This document shows, one piece after another, positions 1 to 9,061 of a stretch of 64,000 nt of DNA. The translations under genes and the position numbers were made by a program. Where the stretch lies: assembly GCA_965238005.1 (NCBI GenBank), contig OZ250165.1, positions 832,001-896,000 of the forward strand, in the 5' to 3' direction. Every line of letters starts with the position of its first letter. Position 1 is the first letter of the stretch. The notes below the pieces were generated by a model. That model made no database searches. It saw only the letters and a list, made by a program, of their open reading frames with translations, and was not told where the DNA came from. Source of the stretch: Longimicrobiales bacterium. GTDB lineage: Bacteria; Gemmatimonadota; Gemmatimonadetes; Longimicrobiales; Gaopeijiaceae.

Positions 1-2
1 CG

Positions 3-2399
3 GGCGAGACCAGGCAGACGCTGACTGAACGCGCCGCGAAGACCTTCGCCGAACTCGCGCAGTCGCTCCGAGACCAGGGCCACGCGCCGGAGGAGGTGGC
101 GCACTTCGTGAACCGCCTCGTGTTCTGCATGTTCGCCGAGGACGTGGGGCTGCTCCCCGACGACATGTTCACCCGCATGCTCGAGCACGCGCGTCGGCAG
201 CCCGAGGAGTTTGCGGCACTGGCGCAGAAACTGTTCGGCGCGATGTCCACCGGCGGCCGGGTGGGCTTCGAGGACGTGGAATGGTTCAACGGTGGCTTGT
301 TTGAGGACGATGCAGCCCTCCCCATGGACAAGAGCCAGATCGAGACGACCCTGAAGGCGTCCACGCTGGACTGGTCGAGCATCGATCCCTCAATACTGGG
401 GACCCTGTTCGAGCGCGGCCTCGACCCGGACAAGCGCACGCAGCTCGGAGCGCACTACACCGACCGGGACAAGATCATGCGGATCATCGATCCAGTGATC
501 GTGCGCCCGTGGCTGGCCGAGTGGAAGACCGCGAAAGCCCGGATCGCCAGGAGCCTCGAGCGCGCGAACGCAGCGAAATCGAAGGGGGCGGCGACGCGGC
601 ACCGCAGACAGGCCAAGAACTCGCTCGGTTCGTTCCTCGAACGGCTACGGAACTTCACCGTGCTCGACCCCGCCTGCGGCTCGGGCAACTTCCTCTACCT
701 CGCACTCCACGCCCTCCACGATCTGGAGCACCGGGTGCAGCTGGAAGCCGAGGCGATAGGGCTCCAGCGCGCCTTTCCAGCGGTTGGCCCCGCCAACGTG
801 AAGGGGATCGAGATCAACGCTTACGCTGCCGAACTCGCCCGTGTATCGGTATGGATCGGCGAAATCCAGTGGATGCGGCGCAACGGGTTTCCGGGCTCGC
901 GCGAGCCCGTCCTCGACCCGCTGGAAACGATCGAGTGTCGTGACGCGATTCTGATGTCCGAGGGCGGTGAGCTGGAGTGGCCCGAGGCCGATGTCATCAT
1001 CGGCAACCCACCGTTCCTGGGCGGCAAGCTGCTCATCACCAACCTCGGCGAGGACTACGTCTCGAAGCTATTCCGGGTGTACGAGGGCCGGGTGCCCCGC
1101 GAGGCCGATCTGGTCTGCTACTGGTTCGTGAAGGCCGGAGAACACTTGGGCAGAGGCGCCTCGAAGCGAGTTGGCCTGGTAGCGACCAACTCCATCCGGG
1201 GTGGAGCGAACCGCCGGGCACTGGAAGGGGCGACCGGCAGCGGACACATCTTCGACGCCTGGAGCGACGAGCCGTGGGTGATCGATGGGGCGGCCGTGCG
1301 CGTCTCGCTGGTGTGTTTCTCGCTGAGGGACGACGAACTTACGCCGGAGCGTCGGCTCGATGGCGAGACGGTGGACGAGATCTACACCGATCTGACGGCG
1401 CGCCGCGGCGGGGCTGGCGTCGATTTGACGAAGGCGCGGCGCCTCGCCCGAAACGCGGGCGTGGCCTTCATGGGCGACACCAAGGGCGGTCCGTTCGACG
1501 TTCCGGGGGACCTCGCCCGGGAGTGGCTTCAGGAGCCCGCAAATCCCAACGGTCGGCCCAACTCAGACGTGCTCGCGCCGTGGATGAACGGTATGGCCGT
1601 CACCCGACGCCCCACCGACAAGTGGATCGTCGACTTCGGCTGGACCATGGTGGAGGAGGAAGCCGCCCTCTACGAGGCTCCCTTCCAGCACGCCCAGGAA
1701 CACGTCTACCCGATGCGACAGGGGAATCGGCGCGAGTCCTACCGCCTCAACTGGTGGCGCCACGTCGAACCGAGACAAGGGATGTGGAGGGCTCTCGACG
1801 GGCTATCTCGGTACATCGCCACGCCGACCGTCGCAAAGCATCGCCTGTTCGCGTGGCTCGAGGCCCGGATCTGCCCCGACCACCAGCTGATCGTCATCGC
1901 CCGCGAGGACGACACCACGTTCGGGATCCTGCACAGCCGCTTCCACGAGGTCTGGTCGCTCCACATGGGCACTTGGCTCGGCAAGGGCAACGATCCGCGC
2001 TACACCCCCACCACCACCTTCGAGACCTTCCCCTTTCCAGAGGGATTCTCGCCCGACGTGCCCGCCACCGACTACCTCACGGATCCACGCGCCCAAGCCA
2101 TCGCTTCGGCGGCGCGGCGGCTCGTCGAACTACGCGACCGCTGGCTCAACCCGCCTGAGTGGGTGGAATGGGTCGAGGAACCCGTTCCCGGCTATCCGCC
2201 ACGCCCGCTACCGCGTGACAAGAAGGCTGCGACAACGCTCAAGACACGGACCCTGACCAACCTCTACAACACCCGGCCACAATGGCTCCTCGATGCCCAC
2301 GCCCAGCTCGACGCCGCCGTGGCCGCCGCCTACGGTTGGCCCGCCGACATCACGGACGACGCGGCGCTGGACGAACTACTTGCCCGAAACGGTTGCTGA
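3..2399 (+). CDS. MmeI-like (type IIL/IIG) N6-adenine DNA methyltransferase / R-M enzyme, 5'-partial
   Basis: The frame is open from the window edge. Motif I LDPACGSGNFL, motif IV IIGNPPFLGG, LGAHYT, and an MmeI-type C-terminus (RYTPTTTFETFPFP ... AHAQLDAAVAAAYGW). Confidence 0.85.
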   Translation, partial: GETRQTLTERAAKTFAELAQSLRDQGHAPEEVAHFVNRLVFCMFAEDVGLLPDDMFTRMLEHARRQPEEFAALAQKLFGAMSTGGRVGFEDVEWFNGGLFEDDAALPMDKSQIETTLKASTLDWSSIDPSILGTLFERGLDPDKRTQLGAHYTDRDKIMRIIDPVIVRPWLAEWKTAKARIARSLERANAAKSKGAATRHRRQAKNSLGSFLERLRNFTVLDPACGSGNFLYLALHALHDLEHRVQLEAEAIGLQRAFPAVGPANVKGIEINAYAAELARVSVWIGEIQWMRRNGFPGSREPVLDPLETIECRDAILMSEGGELEWPEADVIIGNPPFLGGKLLITNLGEDYVSKLFRVYEGRVPREADLVCYWFVKAGEHLGRGASKRVGLVATNSIRGGANRRALEGATGSGHIFDAWSDEPWVIDGAAVRVSLVCFSLRDDELTPERRLDGETVDEIYTDLTARRGGAGVDLTKARRLARNAGVAFMGDTKGGPFDVPGDLAREWLQEPANPNGRPNSDVLAPWMNGMAVTRRPTDKWIVDFGWTMVEEEAALYEAPFQHAQEHVYPMRQGNRRESYRLNWWRHVEPRQGMWRALDGLSRYIATPTVAKHRLFAWLEARICPDHQLIVIAREDDTTFGILHSRFHEVWSLHMGTWLGKGNDPRYTPTTTFETFPFPEGFSPDVPATDYLTDPRAQAIASAARRLVELRDRWLNPPEWVEWVEEPVPGYPPRPLPRDKKAATTLKTRTLTNLYNTRPQWLLDAHAQLDAAVAAAYGWPADITDDAALDELLARNGC

Positions 2400-2455
2400 T
2401 CTCTCGAAGGAAGAATCGAGCACCCAGTGGCAATCAACGCCCGATTTCCCCGGCA

Positions 2456-5400
2456 CTAACAGAGCCAACGTCCCTGCGCCTCCCGTTCCTCGTCTCGGAT
2501 CGTCTCGCGCGTGATACAGCGCGCAACTTGGCCACGCATCTTCTCCGCCCACTGCCGCACTCCGGCCTTTGGGTGGGTGCGAAGCCGTTCGAGGGGCTTC
2601 CTGTAGCGGAAATAGTAGCTAGCTGAAGAACCGTACCAGCTGTAGGTATGGATGTTGCTTTCCAAGGCTTGGTGTACATCGTCGCGCTCGCCGAACTCGT
2701 CCAAGAGTCGGGACACCACGGGATGGAAGAAGCCGGTTTCCCCATCGTCGCCTTCCGGCGATAGAATCGGCAAGCACTGCGCCAGGAAGGTGGGAGCGCC
2801 ATCGGGGTTGGCATGGCACCATGCGAACAGCGTGTCTTCAGGAACGTCCAGGATCGGTGGCCTGATGTCGCGGCCGAAAGTGTACGGACGCCCGAGAACA
2901 TACCTCATGCGACTTGCGAACCGACGATTCCCCACGATGGCTCCTCCGATGAGCGGCCACACGATCTCCGGAAAACCGGCCAGCATTCTGGTGAGCACAG
3001 AAGTCGGCTTGGTGCTCCTCGGATTGAGCCAACCGTGGTGGTCTCCGTGAGCCAGGGTTCGAGCGAGGGCCAGAGCCGTCGCGCGAGCGTTGGAATCCTC
3101 GCGACCCTTGGCCAGCATCCTCAGTACAATCTTCTCGAAGTAGTAGTCCGTCACGGTCAGGTCGATTCCGGATCCCGCCAGGCTCGGTGGAGGCTTGGAT
3201 TCCGTCCCGCTCCAACGACCGGCGTTCCGGGCCATCTCTAGAACTTGGGGCCGAAAGTCGGCGAGCTTGGAGATGTCCGGTCCGGACTCCTCGGTCCTCT
3301 CGCCTTCATCGGGGAGAATCCGGCCCAAGATAGTGACCGCGAGCGCAAAGGACGGGGCGCTATGGTCGAGCATCGCGTCAAGCAGCAGCGCCACCGCAGC
3401 GGGGGGAACCTTGTCGAGCACCCGGGTAAAGGCCCAGTGGTGCAGGTCCCACGGCGACAGAGTGCCCCGATCCAGAGCGTCTATGGCGCAGGTGATGTCC
3501 CTCGGGGTGAGACCGGCGCGCCTGCAAATCCTGGGAAATGCCGGGGCAAGATCGGGTGATCCTACCGCTCTCGTCCTGAAAGCTTCGGCTTCATCGTGGA
3601 ATCGCGTTGGGAGACCGGCCACGAATCCGGAAAGCAAGTCATAGTTTCGGTCGGACGCGGGCACGCCCACGATGGCCTGAACAATCGGCTCTAGCCACTC
3701 AAGCGGTGACGGCGCAAACTTCGCGAGCGATTCTCCGAGTTCGTCCGCCATCCACTGCCTTCCGCTGCTGAGCTCGGGCAGGAGGTCCCTGAGGGTCGGT
3801 GACTCCCCTAGAAGCTCGTCGGCCAAGCCATGGACGATGGCGCGATAACGCTCAAACTGCGCCGATATAGACGATTCCGTTTCCACGAATCCCGGCATCG
3901 GAGACTCGGTGACGAAAACCTGGACACGTTCCCGAAGGCTGGTCGGCTCGAGTTTGTCGACCAGGGACCGAACGCGATCGGACGTCTCGTCGTCGATGAG
4001 CTCGGAGTCATGGTCGAGGACAGCCTTCAGCTGTCGCAGCGCCAGTGTCCAGGAACAGCCCGCGCCGACAACTCTATGGATGGCTTCCTCCACCGCTTCG
4101 AGGAATCCGTCGCACACCAGAGACGAGATTGCCCCGCCGAGATCGGAACGGGCCTTCGCCCCCACATCGTCGTCTCTCGCCGCGAGTCCGCCCAGGCGGT
4201 TCACGCATCCCGCGATGTACCTGGCCAGTTCCTGTTTCGAGTTCGGATACCAGGGATGCAATGCTCTCCGGGAGCCCTGAATCTCCGGGCCGACCGTCCA
4301 CGAGTACCCTCCCACGCTGCAGCCGGCGACGAGCGCTTCGACGACATGGCTCAACTGCGCCTGGTGACTCGTGTCCGCGGCCTCGTCGAGGAACAGCAGT
4401 CGAGCGTCGCCGTCGGCTTCGGTGCCCCCAAGGACCGGGGAAAAGAGTTCCACAAAGGGACGTGATGCTGCCGATACCCCCGACGCGTTCCCGGTGACCG
4501 CCAGTCGAAGCATCAGACGAGCCCCGACCATGAATGTGCTGGAGGGGAAGGCAATCGTGCTCAGCGCACGGACGATAGGACGGCGAACACCGTCTCCGAG
4601 TTGCCCCAGGTCGCCCAAGCGATCCAGGGAACGGCCGATGAGCTCCGCGACGGCATCCGCATTGATCTGGGCGAGGGCTGAGAGGACCTCCGCACGACCT
4701 GGAAGGACAATCCCATCGACTCGGTCGAAGTGCCCGCGCTCCCGGCAGACGTGATCTGCCACGCTGTTGGCTATCTCCGTAGCGTTCAGCTCAGCGAGGC
4801 ACCGAGCCGCTGAGACACTTAGGTCGGGGCCGATGTCGCCCGACAGCACCCGGTCCCACTTCCCCTTGTCCCACTCCCTCCACTGTCGTTCCGCGAGCCT
4901 AACGGCGATTGGGCGCGGTTGAATCGTCCCGAGTCCTCCTCTACGCTTGACTACGCCTCGTTGGACGAGTCGTTGGATTCCTGCGTACAGGTCATCGCGG
5001 GTCAGTTGGCGACCAAGGTCGGCAATTCTCGCGAGATGTTCTTCAGCTGAGGACTCCGTTCCGACCGTTTGAAACGCGCCGAGGTGTGCCTCTGCCGCAG
5101 GCTCTACTCTTACCGGCCCGAACGCGGCGAGCAGTTGGGCTGATTGGAGCAACAGCGCTTGGTCCGTTGGCCTCCGACCCAAGACGAATTCGTCAATGAG
5201 GTCGTCGTCGGCCGGATCGGTGAGGTGTCGCCGCCTCGTATCAGATTCCTTGGCGATTCGGATTGCAACTTCCGGAAATCCCCGCGAGAGGCGTGCAAGG
5301 CGGTGCCGGTCCACATCCTGTAGTGTCGCAGCGGCATGGTCGACGATGGGTTCGATGACAGTCGCCGGGGCTTCGTCGATCTTGATGGTGGTGGCATCGA

Positions 5401-6613
5401 TATGAGAGGGAATCTCATTATCGATGGTGACCAGCGAGAGGCGGCTCCCCGGGCGCGACACCACCCCGGCCAAGATGGCATGGCTTCGCGCGTCGCAGTC
5501 GTCCACAACCACGACCGCGCGTCCGCCGGAGACGGCCAGTTTCTCGACGATGGGATGAATCGCTTCCGCACCCACTTCAGACTGTACTGCGTACATTACG
5601 TAGTCCCGAAGCGAGCGGCCGACAATCTCGTCTTCGCCGACCCTCTTCAGAGCTTCGAGACAGAGCCGGGACTTGCCGATGCCCGACAATCCGACCACCC
5701 GGAGAACCGTGCTGGGCTCGGTCATCCTGTTTCGCAGAGTGCGGCGCAGGTCGGCCAGTCGGGGATCTTCTACCCATGGCACAGAGTGCTCACTACGGCC
5801 GTTCCAATGGTTCCACGAAGTAAAGCCGCCTGGCGTCCCGAGCCTCACCTCTTCCCTGACCCAGAGGGCAACCGATTGGTGGGTATTCACCCACGCGGCG
5901 ATTTGAGTGGCTTCCCAAAAGCCGATCAGGTGATCCGGGACCGACAATCCGGCCTTCGTCAGAGCGTCACAGATGCCACGCTGCCGCGCCTCTACCTGCC
6001 GTTGGTTATAGGGCTGCGCACAGAGCATGATGTAGTTTCCGCCCCGCTCGAGGACCGAACGGACCATCGTCTTCACTTCGGGTTCGTTCGTCAGCACATC
6101 CTCGCCCGCCCGAGCGGGCGATATCTTGCCGGCCTTCAACTGAAACTGGCATAGCCGGGACGGCAGGAATGGAGTGCGCTCGGGACCGCCCCTCCATGAG
6201 ATGCGCCCGTCTTCCCCTCCATCGGGGACATGGATGTTGCTGGGGACGCGGATACCGTCTTGGGGGAGGCCGTACTCTCGGGCCTCAGCAGAGAGGAGTT
6301 GTCGCAGAAGACTGGGAAACGCAGGAGGCCCAAGCGACGCGATGTCGTCGGATTCCACCTGGAACGGGGCGGGCACCCGAGAACTCGCTGGATGAAGCTC
6401 GCCTCCTCGAAGAACCCGAAGCGCGTCGGGATATACTTCCAGTAAACGCAGCAGGTTGATCGCGGCGGCTCTCGGCTTCAGGCTCCCGGCCTCGTACTTG
6501 GTGAAGGCCCGTGGACCGCCTCCCAAGAGCCTGCCAGCTTCCTCCTGCGTTAGAGCGAGGCCTTCGCGGATCGCTCGTATCCGGTCGGGCGACATTTCCG
6601 GGGTCCGTTCCAT
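2456..6613 (-). CDS. MqsA-like XRE HTH fused to a PD-(D/E)xK-like nuclease and a STAND-type P-loop NTPase with a long helical C-terminus
   Basis: N-terminal IRAIREGLALTQEEAGRLLGGGPRAFTKYEAG; PDGGEDG...FQLKAG; Walker A GLSGIGKS; Walker B VVVVDDC; 1385 aa intact. Confidence 0.7.
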   Translation of the reverse strand: MERTPEMSPDRIRAIREGLALTQEEAGRLLGGGPRAFTKYEAGSLKPRAAAINLLRLLEVYPDALRVLRGGELHPASSRVPAPFQVESDDIASLGPPAFPSLLRQLLSAEAREYGLPQDGIRVPSNIHVPDGGEDGRISWRGGPERTPFLPSRLCQFQLKAGKISPARAGEDVLTNEPEVKTMVRSVLERGGNYIMLCAQPYNQRQVEARQRGICDALTKAGLSVPDHLIGFWEATQIAAWVNTHQSVALWVREEVRLGTPGGFTSWNHWNGRSEHSVPWVEDPRLADLRRTLRNRMTEPSTVLRVVGLSGIGKSRLCLEALKRVGEDEIVGRSLRDYVMYAVQSEVGAEAIHPIVEKLAVSGGRAVVVVDDCDARSHAILAGVVSRPGSRLSLVTIDNEIPSHIDATTIKIDEAPATVIEPIVDHAAATLQDVDRHRLARLSRGFPEVAIRIAKESDTRRRHLTDPADDDLIDEFVLGRRPTDQALLLQSAQLLAAFGPVRVEPAAEAHLGAFQTVGTESSAEEHLARIADLGRQLTRDDLYAGIQRLVQRGVVKRRGGLGTIQPRPIAVRLAERQWREWDKGKWDRVLSGDIGPDLSVSAARCLAELNATEIANSVADHVCRERGHFDRVDGIVLPGRAEVLSALAQINADAVAELIGRSLDRLGDLGQLGDGVRRPIVRALSTIAFPSSTFMVGARLMLRLAVTGNASGVSAASRPFVELFSPVLGGTEADGDARLLFLDEAADTSHQAQLSHVVEALVAGCSVGGYSWTVGPEIQGSRRALHPWYPNSKQELARYIAGCVNRLGGLAARDDDVGAKARSDLGGAISSLVCDGFLEAVEEAIHRVVGAGCSWTLALRQLKAVLDHDSELIDDETSDRVRSLVDKLEPTSLRERVQVFVTESPMPGFVETESSISAQFERYRAIVHGLADELLGESPTLRDLLPELSSGRQWMADELGESLAKFAPSPLEWLEPIVQAIVGVPASDRNYDLLSGFVAGLPTRFHDEAEAFRTRAVGSPDLAPAFPRICRRAGLTPRDITCAIDALDRGTLSPWDLHHWAFTRVLDKVPPAAVALLLDAMLDHSAPSFALAVTILGRILPDEGERTEESGPDISKLADFRPQVLEMARNAGRWSGTESKPPPSLAGSGIDLTVTDYYFEKIVLRMLAKGREDSNARATALALARTLAHGDHHGWLNPRSTKPTSVLTRMLAGFPEIVWPLIGGAIVGNRRFASRMRYVLGRPYTFGRDIRPPILDVPEDTLFAWCHANPDGAPTFLAQCLPILSPEGDDGETGFFHPVVSRLLDEFGERDDVHQALESNIHTYSWYGSSASYYFRYRKPLERLRTHPKAGVRQWAEKMRGQVARCITRETIRDEEREAQGRWLC

Positions 6614-7314
6614 GAATGAGTCTCCATCATATTGATCAGTACGTTACTACATATACCATAATGGTCGGATGAATGGAAATGCAGCCGCTGCGGAAAGAGG
6701 AGTCTTCAGGGGTGAGCTCGCGCGAGTCTGACGGCCCCGCGTCGATCCGCTACCGGACGCAGCTACCAGGCCGTGCGCCCGTCCGTGGCGCGCTACCGAT
6801 GACACCGTCGGCGCAAGCATGGACCGGAATGTTGATCCGACATGATCGTCATTCGGCGCTCGCCCGCCGTCCGGATGTAGCGGCCCGTTCTTCCATGCTC
6901 GTAGAGGTCCCTCGCGGAGAGGAGGAAGACGGTGACGCAGAAGCGGTTGTCCATGCGGAGCGTTCGAGAAAGGCTGCTCCCGGAGGCCCCCACAGGCCTG
7001 CGGACGGCCCATAGCTGGCTGTGCCAACAGGGGAACGACCGAGTGCTCTAAGGGTATAGGAGCATTCAGGCCGACCTCAAGCGCATCGTCGCACTGACGA
7101 AGAAGGAACGCCAAACGGTGCGCCTCTCCGGGGCGCACTTCCGATGACCGGCCTGCCTGTCATGCCACGACTGGAGTGTGAAAACGACCCGGGGGGTCGA
7201 TTCACACTTTTGCCCTCCGGCGATTCACACTGGACCCACCGCATATCCGTCGAGGCGGCAGCGTCTTACGCTTCCGCGAGCAGGTCGGTCAGCGCCGCAC
7301 GGGCGGCACCGACC

Positions 7315-7620
7315 GGACCGGGAGCGACCCCCCGATCTGACGATCCGGTACGGGCGCGGGGCCGTGCGCGTTTTCACGCGCCCGCCTCCGCCCCCTGGGG
7401 TCGCTCCCGGTCCAATGATCCCTTCGCGGGAAGGCCATCGAGCGCCGGTGGCGGCGGTGCCGGTGCGGCGATCAGCCATCAGCGCACCGGCAGGGGGGCT
7501 CGGGGGGCGGTGCCCCCCGCCCGCCCGCTGCCCCGGCAGCGGCACGGGACGCTGGGGGATCGAAGGGGGTGCGGAGCGCCCCCTCGCCAGAGCGCAATGT
7601 TTAACATTGCGTAGGCTGGC
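7315..7620. other. Structured non-coding region (putative oriT/single-strand origin) of integrative element 1
   Basis: 17-bp inverted repeat (7315-7331 / 7397-7413), GC hairpins and the palindrome CGCAATGTTtAACATTGCG; homologous in reverse orientation to about 40975-41120. Confidence 0.45.
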
Positions 7621-7651
7621 TCTTGACCCCTAACGGTCATGAGCCAGCGCC

Positions 7652-8896
7652 TCAGCGGACCGGTCCGGCCTCCGCGTCTCGACGCTCGCTGGCTAGGTAG
7701 GCAGCCCAGTCGTTCATCAGTCGGCGTCGGCGCTCGAACAGGTCCGAGCGCCGGTACGCTGCCTCGATCTGGTTGCGGACCTGGTGCGCCAGCGCCGCCT
7801 CGGCCACCTCGCGAGGGTGGTCCGTCTCTTCGGCCGCCCAGTCGCGAAAGCTCGACCGAAAGCCGTGCGGCACGGCCGCGATCTTCAACTCCCCGAGCAG
7901 TTCCGACAGCGCCGTGCTCGCGAATGGCTTCCCGCGCACGCCCGGAAACACGAGCGGGCTGCCGCGACCGAGCATCCGCGCTTCCTCGAGGATCTCCAAC
8001 GCACGCCCGCACAGCGGCACCCGGTGCTCGCGGTTCCCCTTCGTGCGCAGCGCCGGGATGGTCCACACGCCTGTGTCCCGGTTGATCTCCGTCCAGACCG
8101 CCCCCCGGACCTCGCCGGAGCGTACGGCCGTCAGCACCAGCAACTCGAAGGCCAGCTTGACCACTGGCCGCGCGTTCGACGCCCGCACCGTCTCGATCGC
8201 GGACGCCACCTCACCGTGCGGCAACGCCCGCATGTGCCGGACAAGCCCCCCCTGCGCTCCGAGCACCGGACCGATCCGGTCGCACGGGTTGTCGGGCCTG
8301 AGATCCATCGCCACGGCCCATTCCATGACCGCGCGGATGCGCTGGCGCAGCTTCCGGGCGGTGGGCGGCATGTCGTGCCAGATCGGTGCGAGAATCCCGA
8401 TCACGTCGGCGCTCGTCACTTTCGCAATCGGCATCTCCCCGATGCGGGGGATGGCATAGCGCTCCAGGCTCTTCAGCCAGAGCTGCGCATGCTGAGGGGA
8501 GCGCCAGCCCGGCCGCAGCTGGTTCCAGACCTGCCCCGCCGCCTCCGCGAAGGTGGGCATCGACTCGGCCCGCCGCTTCTCGGCCAGGAGGTCGCCACCG
8601 TCGCGGGCCAGCTTCCGGTTCGCGAACGCCTTCTCGCGCGCTTCCTTCAGCGAGACCAGGGGGAATCCTCCGAGCCCAAGCTCGGTTCGGCGACCGCGGA
8701 TCGTGAGGCGCTGCACCCAGCCCCGGCTCCCCGTGGGCCGGACATCGAGATAGAGGCCCTGGCCGTCACAATATCGGCCGGCCTGGCTCACGTTGCGGAC
8801 GAAGGCGGGTGTCAGGGCGTTGTCGGGATGCCGGCCGCGCGGCTTGCGTTGCGGAGGTCGTGTGGCGAGTGTCATACCCGCCAATATATCCGCCAC
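7652..8896 (-). CDS. P4-family tyrosine integrase (arm-binding domain)
   Basis: GRYCDGQGLYL...ELGLGGFPLVSLKEAR arm domain; catalytic TAVRSGE, PHGFRSSFRDWA, ALAH, AAYRRSDL. Confidence 0.92.
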   Translation of the reverse strand: MADILAGMTLATRPPQRKPRGRHPDNALTPAFVRNVSQAGRYCDGQGLYLDVRPTGSRGWVQRLTIRGRRTELGLGGFPLVSLKEAREKAFANRKLARDGGDLLAEKRRAESMPTFAEAAGQVWNQLRPGWRSPQHAQLWLKSLERYAIPRIGEMPIAKVTSADVIGILAPIWHDMPPTARKLRQRIRAVMEWAVAMDLRPDNPCDRIGPVLGAQGGLVRHMRALPHGEVASAIETVRASNARPVVKLAFELLVLTAVRSGEVRGAVWTEINRDTGVWTIPALRTKGNREHRVPLCGRALEILEEARMLGRGSPLVFPGVRGKPFASTALSELLGELKIAAVPHGFRSSFRDWAAEETDHPREVAEAALAHQVRNQIEAAYRRSDLFERRRRLMNDWAAYLASERRDAEAGPVR

Positions 8897-9061
8897 AGAC
8901 TGGCGGATGCAAGGGGATGGAGCGGCTCAGTACGGGACAAGAAACATCCTCATGTCTCATGATAAGTCAATATAAACAAGTCAGTTATGTACAATACGGG
9001 ACTTGGCTGGACGAAATGGTAATATCCTACTATGCAGCCCTCCGGGAAGGGTGTCGGACCG

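Noticed and set aside
6647..7140. MqsR-like toxin upstream of the MqsA-like HTH fusion
   Set aside because: No convincing ORF or motif; the region looks like decayed sequence.
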